DNA of 62,342 nt, counting the filler, from Stramenopiles sp. TOSAG23-6 (taxonomy: Eukaryota): assembly GCA_900128565.1 (NCBI GenBank). It is 32 parts of 32 records of this genome, joined end to end, with 100 filler letters (N's around TTAATTAATTAA, not from the genome) between each part and the next. Parts side by side here need not be neighbours in the genome. Positions count along the whole stretch, not along the records: positions 1 to 1,862 come from LT638509.1; positions 1,963 to 3,823 come from LT638510.1; positions 3,924 to 5,784 come from LT638511.1; positions 5,885 to 7,744 come from LT638512.1; positions 7,845 to 9,704 come from LT638513.1; positions 9,805 to 11,664 come from LT638514.1; 26 more parts are not named here. One strand, given 5' to 3'. Shown here piece after piece: positions 1 through 10,700 of the stretch. Positions within the stretch are counted from its first letter, which is position 1. Each line of letters opens with the position of its first letter. Position numbers and translations under genes: made by a program. A model generated the notes under the pieces. The model had not been told where the DNA came from and made no database searches. It worked only from the letters and a program-made list of their open reading frames with translations.

Positions 1-872
1 AAAACTTCCTGTTTTGAAGCCTGGAAAAGGAAACACGAAATATGTGTATGAAGGGCTCTTAGTTTCAGGTGGTGGTGATTCTAATATTAAAATATGGAGA
101 TTGGGGTTGATAAAATCTCCTAGAGCTCCATTTGCTCCAATTAACAAAGTAGAAACAAAAAAAGGTGTTTTATCAGCTGCAATAAAAAGACTTGAAGAGG
201 TTCAATCTCTGGATGATGATGAATGGCATGAAGAAGCAACAAATATTGACATTTCACGTAGAATTCATCAAAACGAGCGCCCTGTATCGAGCTCTGGTCG
301 AGTGTCCNNNNNNNNNNNNNNNNNNNNNNNNNNNNNNNNNNNNNNNNNNAGACCAAATACATCATATTCTTTTCTCAAAAATAGAAGTAGACCAAACACA
401 TCACAAACAATTTCATTTGGATATCAAAATCAGACCAATAAGTCGTTCAAGTTTTCACAACAACTTCCTGATTTCGATTTTTCAAGTATTAATAGATATC
501 GCCCAGATGCTCAAAAGAACAGAAAACAAAAATCACTTGGCACATACAATAGGCCATTCACTGCACCAGTACTTAGTAGGAATAATCATAATATTAGTAA
601 TTATAAAAAGATGTCTCCTTCTGTATCATCTGATAATAAAAAAGTAAATTTTGAAAGTAAAAAGGATTCACAAAGAAAACATATACACCAAGATCATTTT
701 CCTGGTCGGGCTGGAGAACTTATTTATACTGCACAATCCTAATTCAAAGAAGACGGTCACAACTGGATGGGATGGTAAAGCTAAAGTATGGACAACAACA
801 CCCCCTGGATTTGATTCATTTGCAAGTTTTTATAATGGTACAAGAAAAAGACATAATAATAATTCAGTATAA
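1..872 (+). CDS. Partial protein with WD40-like segments and a low-complexity linker; apparent frameshift near 735
   Basis: LLVSGGGDSNIKIW and TVTTGWDGKAKVW are WD40-type motifs found in two different frames. Confidence 0.5.
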
Positions 873-1008
873 ATCAAAAATATACTTTTGTTTTATTTAT
901 GACGACGACCTCTTTTATATTCTTTTTCTTTTTATACGTCGTTCCAATTTTTCTAAACATTTGTTTCTTTCACATCAAAATGTTTTCAAATTAAACTGTT
1001 ACACTTTT

Positions 1009-1862
1009 TCATGCTTTCTTCTTCTTCTTTTTATTGAGTTTTCTTCTTTTGTTCTCTAACATTTCATTTGCATCATTTTTCTTCTTATGNNNNNNNNNNN
1101 NNNNNNNNNNNNNNNNNNNNNNNNNNNNNNNNNNNNNNNNNNNNNNNNNNNNNNNNNNNNNNNNNNNNNNNNNNNNNNNNNNNNNNNNNNNNNNNNNNNN
1201 NNNNNNNNNNNNNNNNNNNNNNNNNNNNNNNNNNNNNNNNNNNNNNNNNNNNNNNNNNNNNNNNNNNNNNNNNNNNNNNNNNNNNNNNNNNNNNNNNNNN
1301 NNNNNNNNNNNNNNNNNNNNNNNNNGTAAATATTTCTCAACTGGAAGCAACATACGTGCATTAATAGAATCAAAAATCCACTGAGGTTGTACATATTCTC
1401 TCGCAGGATTTTTCTCACCTTGAATAGACGGTCTATCGACAATCATATGTGTGATAGATTTATCGTTTATATCAAAGGGTGAAGCAAGCCCGTGCCATCC
1501 ACACTCACCAGAAAAAGATCTAATTGCAAATTCAGTAACCTCACGCGGAATTTCTCGACCAAGAAAAAAACNNNNNNNNNNNNNNNNNNNNNNNNNNNNN
1601 NNNNNNNNNNNNNNNNGTAAATATTTCTCAACTGGAAGCAACATACGTGCATTAATAGAATCAAAAATCCACTGAGGTTGTACATATTCTCTCGCAGGAT
1701 TTTTCTCACCTTGAATAGACGGTCTATCGACAATCATATGTGTGATAGATTTATCGTTTATATCAAAGGGTGAAGCAAGCCCGTGCCATCCACACTCACC
1801 AGAAAAAGATCTAATTGCAAATTCAGTAACCTCACGCGGAATTTCTCGACCAAGAAAAAAAC
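1009..1862 (-). CDS. PES1: Pescadillo/Nop7 C-terminal part (BRCT domain); a 246-bp segment is duplicated by assembly
   Basis: FFLGREIPREVTEFAIRSFSG..ITHMIVDRP..REYVQPQWIFDSINARMLLPVEKY matches the pescadillo BRCT. Segment 1326-1571 equals 1617-1862. Confidence 0.9.
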
Positions 1863-1962
1863 NNNNNNNNNNNNNNNNNNNNNNNNNNNNNNNNNNNNNN
1901 NNNNNNTTAATTAATTAANNNNNNNNNNNNNNNNNNNNNNNNNNNNNNNNNNNNNNNNNNNN
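1863..1962. other. Artificial contig spacer N44-TTAATTAATTAA-N44 (first of 31, recurring every ~1.95 kb up to ~60453)
   Basis: The identical 12-mer, which has stops in all six frames, sits between N runs at regular intervals. Genes are truncated at these points. Confidence 0.98.
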
Positions 1963-2214
1963 GTTTTTGAAGGGCCGTAATAAAATAGCAGTATACTTCA
2001 CACGGTATAGTACTCTACCAGTATCTGGTTCAATACGACCACGTCCAATGTCTTCATCATTTACTTCAATCACAAGAATAACGTACCCACATTGTCCCAA
2101 GGAACAGCCTTCCACGGAGTCAATGAGTTTGGTGCGTAAAGTTTCTTTAATCTTTGGTCCAAAGAATTTTGGATGAAGTGACATATCCTTACTCAGTTGC
2201 TTCTTAAAAAACAT
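1963..2214 (-). CDS. RPB7: RNA polymerase II subunit RPB7, N-terminal part
   Basis: MFF..LHPKFFGP.IKETLRTKLIDSVEG.C.GQCGYVILVI..GRI..G.V.Y.VKY.AILLRPFKN is the RPB7 N-terminal pattern. Confidence 0.92.
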
Positions 2215-2486
2215 GTTCACTGGTGTTTGCTAATATATTACGTTGTTATAAATGCACAATTTATTCGTGTAAAACTCAACCTCTACAATGCAATACTATC
2301 AAAAGAAAATGTGTGTGTGTAGTAAGTGTAGTCTGATCGAGTGGAGTCTTTGACTGATCGCGTGCCACCCACGATACCCGGTCCCCTCAATCAAAACTTG
2401 AATCATCGAGTGAGCTTCGGTCTGGTGCAGTCTGCAGAAGTCTTGGTGGAAATTTTCTTCTGTGTTGGACTTCTAGATATATTATT

Positions 2487-3026
2487 ATGTCAGAGCAAAA
2501 TGCATGGTCCTCGGTACCTGCTCACCAGCGGGTGGGCTCAGTGCCAAATTTTTTCCTGGTACCTGAGAAAGGAATCGTAGGTGGTATAAAAGTAATATCC
2601 TTGCCAAAATCAAAGCCTAAGTCTGTTCCTAGAGTTTCTGCTGAAACAATGAAACATCTCGCTGCACGGGCAAAGGAAATAACAGCAAAGCGCAAGCTCA
2701 AGATGGGTGTAAATGTCACTTTCCACACGCAGAATCTGTTTGACTCCCTGTCCAAGACACTTCCTACTAAGTGGGGAGGGGAAGACAATAAATCAATAAT
2801 AGTGTTGGATCAAGTTGTGATCGAACCTCCATATACAATTGGTTCATGCTCTGGAGGAGATGATCGAATGATGTCTCAAGTGGGGAAAATCTTAAATCAC
2901 CACGCTGCGATAGTAAATCAGGGGCGCAACCAGCAGACAGTGGGACAACACACTGGACAAGTACAACAAAACGGTGAAGGCGATGCGCTTTCTTCCAAGT
3001 CCGTATGGGGTCGACGGCCTAAGTAA
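2487..3026 (+). CDS. LSM12: Lsm12-type anticodon-binding (AD) domain protein
   Basis: MGVNVTFHTQNLFDSLSKTLPTKW...IIVLDQVVIEPPY resembles the Lsm12 AD domain. No clear N-terminal LSM fold. Confidence 0.7.
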   Translation: MSEQNAWSSVPAHQRVGSVPNFFLVPEKGIVGGIKVISLPKSKPKSVPRVSAETMKHLAARAKEITAKRKLKMGVNVTFHTQNLFDSLSKTLPTKWGGEDNKSIIVLDQVVIEPPYTIGSCSGGDDRMMSQVGKILNHHAAIVNQGRNQQTVGQHTGQVQQNGEGDALSSKSVWGRRPK

Positions 3027-3200
3027 CTTAGATATTATTGGACTTGACCAATTAAACATATAATACTATATTCTAGCAGTTACTCTTTATTGGATATTTC
3101 GTGATTAGAAACAATATACTATCTAATAATAACTTTAAAAGTTCACTAATGTACAGTATAGTAATAAATAATATACATTTTTCTGAAATATAAGACTATT

Positions 3201-3823
3201 TTATTCAGAAGTTTTAGCTTTCTTTGCTATTACACCATCATTATTTTTCTTCAACGCTCTCGACTTTCGAGTCTGTATTGTATCATAATCCTGTTTATCC
3301 ACATGTAATCGACCAACCCGATCTCCAAACACGTTGTGTGAAATATTCTTTCTTTTCTTAGGCATTAATTGACGAGGTACACGCATTGCTGCTTTGTGTG
3401 TTTCCTTTGCAGCAGTGTGTGACCTGCGAAAGGAAATGTCACAAAGTGGACCCATTTCTGATAATTCTACAACAGGGTACTTAGATCCTTTTTCAGCATT
3501 ATTTTGTGTCACGAAATACCATCGCATGAAACACTTTCCATCAACAGATGTACATACACACACATGATCAATTTGAGCACGATTCAGATCTTTAACAACA
3601 CGACCACGGAAGAAATCAAGTAGTAAACTTTTCAATGAAACAAAAGCTGGATCATGAACAAACTCAGAACCTTGAAAAACAAAGCACGGCTTAGCACCCA
3701 TAAGTTTTGTAGATCCAGCAATTGTCGCTATACCAATGAAGGCTTCTATATGAAGCTCCATCATGTCTAATACTTCAAAATCAAACATACGTCCAAGAAC
3801 AAGATTATTAGGGCGCTTCTTTG
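3201..3823 (-). CDS. RPF2: Ribosome production factor 2 (Brix domain), C-terminal part
   Basis: KKRPNNLVLGRMFDFEVLDMMEL, KPCFVFQG, LKSLLLDFFRG, VELSEMGP and KKRKNISHNVFGDRVGRLHV motifs. Confidence 0.93.
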
Positions 3824-3923
3824 NNNNNNNNNNNNNNNNNNNNNNNNNNNNNNNNNNNNNNNNNNNNTTAATTAATTAANNNNNNNNNNNNNNNNNNNNN
3901 NNNNNNNNNNNNNNNNNNNNNNN

Positions 3924-3993
3924 AATGTTTTGTTAGGTACAAAATTTTCATACAAAAAAAAAAAAATTTGAAATGTATGATGAAAAAACATAC
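3924..3993 (-). other. Non-canonical intron family member, 3'-truncated by contig end
   Basis: AT|GTATGTTTT donor and TTTTGTACCTAAC motif. Confidence 0.8.
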
Positions 3994-5730
3994 ATTCACA
4001 TGAATTTGATGAAACATCTAATTCTGTGAGTCGTGCACTACACATTTGCATTAAATCTGGTACACATTCATAGATAGTTTTTTTAAAAAAAACGCCCTTT
4101 TTTATCTCCTGAAGAATATTCGGTGATTTACAAATACAAGTTTTAATATTACCAAGGTTACCAAGAACAAACCCTTTTTGTTTTTGACATGTATTTTGGA
4201 AAAATATTTCAAAAAAAAAAAAACTTAAATTGGTTAGGTACAAAATTTCGTATGAAAAATAAAAATAAATTCGATTTTTTTGTTTAAAAAAAAAAAAAAA
4301 AACATACATTCACATGTTTTTTTTCCAGTAGTACTTTTTGAAACATCTACACCAAATTCATAATATGCTTCGCATTGAGGATCATCTGAAGGACAGCATT
4401 GAGGATCATCTGAAGGACAGCATTGAGGATCATCTGAAGTACAATATGAGTATACATTAGTTTCTCTATTCTGTTTTCGAAACACTGTGATGGAGCGTTT
4501 ACATTCACATCTGTTTCTAAATATAGTACTTTTAGAAAGTTGCGCTGGATGTATACATCGACATATATTTCCATGTACCCCTATACCATCGATTTCAACT
4601 TCTTCTACGTAGTCTTTTTTTGCTATTGGACAAGTACATCCGTTTTTGCTTTCTGCAGGAGGTACACATTTACACTTATATATATTGTTATCTAGTATAT
4701 ATCGATTAGGGCCTTTACAGCGACAGGCAACTGAATGTATTTTGGAAAAATATTTCAAAAATTTTCTATAAAATTTTTTTTTGTTAGGTACAAAATTTCG
4801 TATGAAAACCAAAAAAAAATTCAATTTCAAATTTAAAAAAAAACATACATAGGAAGGATCTGGAACAAATCCAGCTTCAACTTTTTTAATTTCAATTTTT
4901 TCATGATAATATAAAGAATATTTTTCTTCATATTCTTTTTTATGTATAAATGGTTTTGTACTATAAAATCCTTCTTGGATTGGAAAGTTGTAAAAAGAAT
5001 ANNNNNNNNNNNNNNNNNNNNNNCTGGTCTTTTTTACGTTGACTTGGTATGAAACGTTTATAATATCCACTTCTCAAATGAAGATCTTGTCTTGTTCTGT
5101 CATGTACAAAATGATGAGGTTTTTGTTGTTGTTTTTGGTTTTCTATTAAATCTATTTCTTTTTTTTTTTTTTCTTCAAATTTATTTATAGCTCTTGTAAA
5201 ATGATAATCCTCTAATGATTTTCCTTTTGGAAAAAAATGTTTCTGAACATTCTTTATAGAATCATTTACCATAGATTGCCCATATTGTCCAGGGATGTGA
5301 AACTTTTGCTCGATATTCCAAAATTGATCTTCAAAATGATCAATTTGATGCTGAATTAAATTGTTTTCTGTATAAATTTTGACATGTTCATATACAAAAG
5401 CGTGTTTTGAATCATCATCTAGTTTCCTATTTTGAAAATTATAGTTTTGACTTTTTTCGTGTAAATATCTTTGATAAAACATTGTTTTATATGTATTATC
5501 TTGGGTGTAATAGTTTTCATCAATGTAAACGTAATCAGCTGAAAAAGGTTGTCGTGGTGGATTTGACGTAAAAATATAAAGAGATTCATCATAATCAGGA
5601 TAAAATCCAGCTCCAGAATATTTTCCAGGTCTTTGTAGTGTATATTCATATAACTCTTTAAGTAAAGGATCATCCCAGATACGTTTTTGATTAATTACTT
5701 TGAAATCATCGTCATTCCATGGATCATAAA
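3994..5730 (-). CDS. Partial multi-exon Cys-rich (EGF-like CxC repeat) protein, interrupted by non-canonical introns
   Basis: Removing 4735-4848 and 4189-4307 joins DPSY|SVACRC and KTCEC|QKQKGF in frame. Confidence 0.7.
4189..4307 (-). other. Non-canonical GT-AT intron (119 nt)
   Basis: GAAT|GTATGT...TTTGTACCTAAC...CCAAAATACAT|GTCAA; removal restores the frame. Confidence 0.88.
4372..4439 (-). repeat. 24-bp coding tandem repeat, ~3 copies (SDDPQCCP)
   Basis: GCATTGAGGATCATCTGAAG(GACA) is repeated on the + strand. Confidence 0.9.
4735..4848 (-). other. Non-canonical GT-AT intron (114 nt)
   Basis: TAT|GTATGT...GTACCTAAC...AAAATACAT|TCA; phase 0. Confidence 0.85.
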
Positions 5731-5784
5731 ATGTATTTTGGAAAAATATTTCAAAAAAAAAAACTAAAATTTGTTAGGTACAAA
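5731..5784 (-). other. Non-canonical intron, 3' part only
   Basis: GTACCTAAC...GAAATATTTTTCCAAAATACAT followed by an open frame (FYDPWNDDDF). Confidence 0.8.
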
Positions 5785-5884
5785 NNNNNNNNNNNNNNNN
5801 NNNNNNNNNNNNNNNNNNNNNNNNNNNNTTAATTAATTAANNNNNNNNNNNNNNNNNNNNNNNNNNNNNNNNNNNNNNNNNNNN

Positions 5885-5938
5885 AATTTTGTACCTAACA
5901 TTTTTTTTTTTTTTTTGAAATATTTTTCCAAAATACAT
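5885..5938 (+). other. Non-canonical intron, 3' part only
   Basis: TTTTGTACCTAAC..TTGAAATATTTTTCCAAAATACAT at the contig start. Confidence 0.8.
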
Positions 5939-7744
5939 GTCTGGAATATCAGAGTTTGTTATTTCAACAGGTTTGTCGAAACGTACCTCAGCAAAATATG
6001 CTATTAATATGTACCATACTTTATTTGAAAAGTGTGTACCTATTATAAAGGATACAAAAAATTATATCCATGAAGAAAATCAAAAAAATCAAAAAAATCA
6101 AAAAAATCAAAATTACTTTTTCATACATTCCGTATACGAAATATGTTATGTAATTACTCAACATACAACAAAAAAGTGTTTTCCAACATTTCAAGCATTG
6201 TACCATCATCTAATCAATACAGCAGTCTGTGCCTGTACCGAATTGTTGAGTACAAATCCATCATATGTATGTTTTTTAAAATTTTTTTTACAAAAAAAAT
6301 CGAATTTTTTTTTTATAGTAAATTTTGTACCTAACAAATTTTTTAAGATTTTTTTTTGAAATATTTTTCTAAAATACATCATACATCATATAAATCCATA
6401 CAATCCTTGCGTACACCTAATACATCTTTACCATCTTTACAATCGGAATTTTCATTGAATAACAATATAGACATAAAGTATATATATGCAATGTCAATTG
6501 TAATTACGGTACGTATGTATGTTTTATTTTTTTGAAAATTTGAATTTTTTTTTTTTAATTTCCGTACGGAATTTTGTACCTAACGACTTTTTTTTAGATT
6601 TTTTTTTGAAATATTTTTCCAAAATACATTTTATGTGATATCGATACTAAAACACGAAATGAGCATAATGACCAGATTAATAATATTATTATAAAAGTTA
6701 CTGGCTACACCATCAATGATGGGTTTTCGATATATAACAAATATTTACTTCAGATAGCTTCCAATGCTGAAATAAATAGTCCATATCTTTTAAAATCTTT
6801 AGGTACGAAATATACTACGAAAGTTAATAATAATTATCATAAAAAAGAAAAAACACAAAAATCAAATTCTTTACATAAAAATAGTAGTACCAAAACAGAT
6901 GCTTATGAAGAAGGAAGTGTTTCTTCCTTCAAAGAATATTCCATTAATAATGAGTTACATAATATTGAACACAATATTGAGCATGTTGTTGGAGCTGCTA
7001 CTTATAGACTTGAAAATGGCTTACAAAATATTGAACATGCCGTTGGAGTAGAAGCTCATAAACTTAAGAATGAGTTACATAATATTGAACATAATATTAA
7101 ACATGCCGTTGGAGCAGAAGCTCATAAAGCTAAGAATGAAATACATAGTATTGAATATAATATTGAACATGCTATTAGAGCTGATGCTCATAAAATCAAT
7201 AAAGATTTACATAGTATTGAACATACTGTTGGAGCTGAAGCTCATAAAATAAATAAAGCTGCGCATAATATTGAACATAGTATTGAACATGCTGCGTCAG
7301 TAGAAGCTCATAAAATGAATAAAGATTTACATAATATTGAACATGCTGCGTCAGTAGAAGCTCATAAAGCTAAGAATGAAATACATAATATTGAACATGC
7401 GACATCAGTAGAAGCTCATAAAATCAGTAAAGGTTTCCATCATTTTTTTCATTCGATTTCGACTAAAGCGCAAAAACTTCATAAAGAAATGCATAGCATT
7501 GAACATAATATTGAACATAATATTGAAGCAGAAGCTCATAAAATCAATAAAGATGTGCATAATATTGAGCATGCCGTTGGGGCAGAAGCTCATAAAGCTA
7601 AGAATGAGTTACATAATATTGAACATGCCGTTGGAACAGAAGCTCATAGAGCTAAGAATGAGTTACATAATATTGAACACAATATTGGACATGCCGTTGG
7701 GGCAGAAGCTCATAAAGCTAAGAATGAAATACATAATATTGAAC
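5939..7744 (+). CDS. Partial protein with C-terminal His-rich ~18-aa repeats (NIEHAVGAEAHKAKNELH); exons 5939-6266, 6380-6516, 6630-7744
   Basis: Removing the two inserts gives one uninterrupted frame that runs into ORF 7315-7800. Confidence 0.8.
6267..6379 (+). other. Non-canonical GT-AT intron (113 nt)
   Basis: TAT|GTATGT...GTACCTAAC...AAAATACAT|CAT. Using the internal AG at 6346-6347 gives an immediate TGA. Confidence 0.88.
6517..6629 (+). other. Non-canonical GT-AT intron (113 nt)
   Basis: AT|GTATGT...GTACCTAAC...AAAATACAT|T; phase 2, restores a long ORF. Confidence 0.88.
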
Positions 7745-10700
7745 NNNNNNNNNNNNNNNNNNNNNNNNNNNNNNNNNNNNNNNNNNNNTTAATTAATTAA
7801 NNNNNNNNNNNNNNNNNNNNNNNNNNNNNNNNNNNNNNNNNNNNAATTTTGTACCTAACATTTTTTTTTTTTTTTTGAAATATTTTTCCAAAATACATGT
7901 CTGGAATATCAGAGTTTGTTATTTCAACAGGTTTGTCGAAACGTACCTCAGCAAAATATGCTATTAATATGTACCATACTTTATTTGAAAAGTGTGTACC
8001 TATTATAAAGGATACAAAAAATTATATCCATGAAGAAAATCAAAAAAATCAAAAAAATCAAAAAAATCAAAATTACTTTTTCATACATTCCGTATACGAA
8101 ATATGTTATGTAATTACTCAACATACAACAAAAAAGTGTTTTCCAACATTTCAAGCATTGTACCATCATCTAATCAATACAGCAGTCTGTGCCTGTACCG
8201 AATTGTTGAGTACAAATCCATCATATGTATGTTTTTTAAAATTTTTTTTACAAAAAAAATCGAATTTTTTTTTTATAGTAAATTTTGTACCTAACAAATT
8301 TTTTAAGATTTTTTTTTGAAATATTTTTCTAAAATACATCATACATCATATAAATCCATACAATCCTTGCGTACACCTAATACATCTTTACCATCTTTAC
8401 AATCGGAATTTTCATTGAATAACAATATAGACATAAAGTATATATATGCAATGTCAATTGTAATTACGGTACGTATGTATGTTTTATTTTTTTGAAAATT
8501 TGAATTTTTTTTTTTTAATTTCCGTACGGAATTTTGTACCTAACGACTTTTTTTTAGATTTTTTTTTGAAATATTTTTCCAAAATACATTTTATGTGATA
8601 TCGATACTAAAACACGAAATGAGCATAATGACCAGATTAATAATATTATTATAAAAGTTACTGGCTACACCATCAATGATGGGTTTTCGATATATAACAA
8701 ATATTTACTTCAGATAGCTTCCAATGCTGAAATAAATAGTCCATATCTTTTAAAATCTTTAGGTACGAAATATACTACGAAAGTTAATAATAATTATCAT
8801 AAAAAAGAAAAAACACAAAAATCAAATTCTTTACATAAAAATAGTAGTACCAAAACAGATGCTTATGAAGAAGGAAGTGTTTCTTCCTTCAAAGAATATT
8901 CCATTAATAATGAGTTACATAATATTGAACACAATATTGAGCATGTTGTTGGAGCTGCTACTTATAGACTTGAAAATGGCTTACAAAATATTGAACATGC
9001 CGTTGGAGTAGAAGCTCATAAACTTAAGAATGAGTTACATAATATTGAACATAATATTAAACATGCCGTTGGAGCAGAAGCTCATAAAGCTAAGAATGAA
9101 ATACATAGTATTGAATATAATATTGAACATGCTATTAGAGCTGATGCTCATAAAATCAATAAAGATTTACATAGTATTGAACATACTGTTGGAGCTGAAG
9201 CTCATAAAATAAATAAAGCTGCGCATAATATTGAACATAGTATTGAACATGCTGCGTCAGTAGAAGCTCATAAAATGAATAAAGATTTACATAATATTGA
9301 ACATGCTGCGTCAGTAGAAGCTCATAAAGCTAAGAATGAAATACATAATATTGAACATGCGACATCAGTAGAAGCTCATAAAATCAGTAAAGGTTTCCAT
9401 CATTTTTTTCATTCGATTTCGACTAAAGCGCAAAAACTTCATAAAGAAATGCATAGCATTGAACATAATATTGAACATAATATTGAAGCAGAAGCTCATA
9501 AAATCAATAAAGATGTGCATAATATTGAGCATGCCGTTGGGGCAGAAGCTCATAAAGCTAAGAATGAGTTACATAATATTGAACATGCCGTTGGAACAGA
9601 AGCTCATAGAGCTAAGAATGAGTTACATAATATTGAACACAATATTGGACATGCCGTTGGGGCAGAAGCTCATAAAGCTAAGAATGAAATACATAATATT
9701 GAACNNNNNNNNNNNNNNNNNNNNNNNNNNNNNNNNNNNNNNNNNNNNTTAATTAATTAANNNNNNNNNNNNNNNNNNNNNNNNNNNNNNNNNNNNNNNN
9801 NNNNAATTTTGTACCTAACATTTTTTTTTTTTTTTTGAAATATTTTTCCAAAATACATGTCTGGAATATCAGAGTTTGTTATTTCAACAGGTTTGTCGAA
9901 ACGTACCTCAGCAAAATATGCTATTAATATGTACCATACTTTATTTGAAAAGTGTGTACCTATTATAAAGGATACAAAAAATTATATCCATGAAGAAAAT
10001 CAAAAAAATCAAAAAAATCAAAAAAATCAAAATTACTTTTTCATACATTCCGTATACGAAATATGTTATGTAATTACTCAACATACAACAAAAAAGTGTT
10101 TTCCAACATTTCAAGCATTGTACCATCATCTAATCAATACAGCAGTCTGTGCCTGTACCGAATTGTTGAGTACAAATCCATCATATGTATGTTTTTTAAA
10201 ATTTTTTTTACAAAAAAAATCGAATTTTTTTTTTATAGTAAATTTTGTACCTAACAAATTTTTTAAGATTTTTTTTTGAAATATTTTTCTAAAATACATC
10301 ATACATCATATAAATCCATACAATCCTTGCGTACACCTAATACATCTTTACCATCTTTACAATCGGAATTTTCATTGAATAACAATATAGACATAAAGTA
10401 TATATATGCAATGTCAATTGTAATTACGGTACGTATGTATGTTTTATTTTTTTGAAAATTTGAATTTTTTTTTTTTAATTTCCGTACGGAATTTTGTACC
10501 TAACGACTTTTTTTTAGATTTTTTTTTGAAATATTTTTCCAAAATACATTTTATGTGATATCGATACTAAAACACGAAATGAGCATAATGACCAGATTAA
10601 TAATATTATTATAAAAGTTACTGGCTACACCATCAATGATGGGTTTTCGATATATAACAAATATTTACTTCAGATAGCTTCCAATGCTGAAATAAATAGT

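Noticed and set aside
1326-1862. Tandem BRCT duplication in pescadillo (and the duplication at 32691-33175)
   Set aside because: The identical segments are bounded by N gaps, which indicates a scaffolding artefact.
1907-1918. Regularly spaced TTAATTAATTAA as a CRISPR-like or biological repeat
   Set aside because: It is a six-frame-stop linker embedded in N runs and was added during concatenation.
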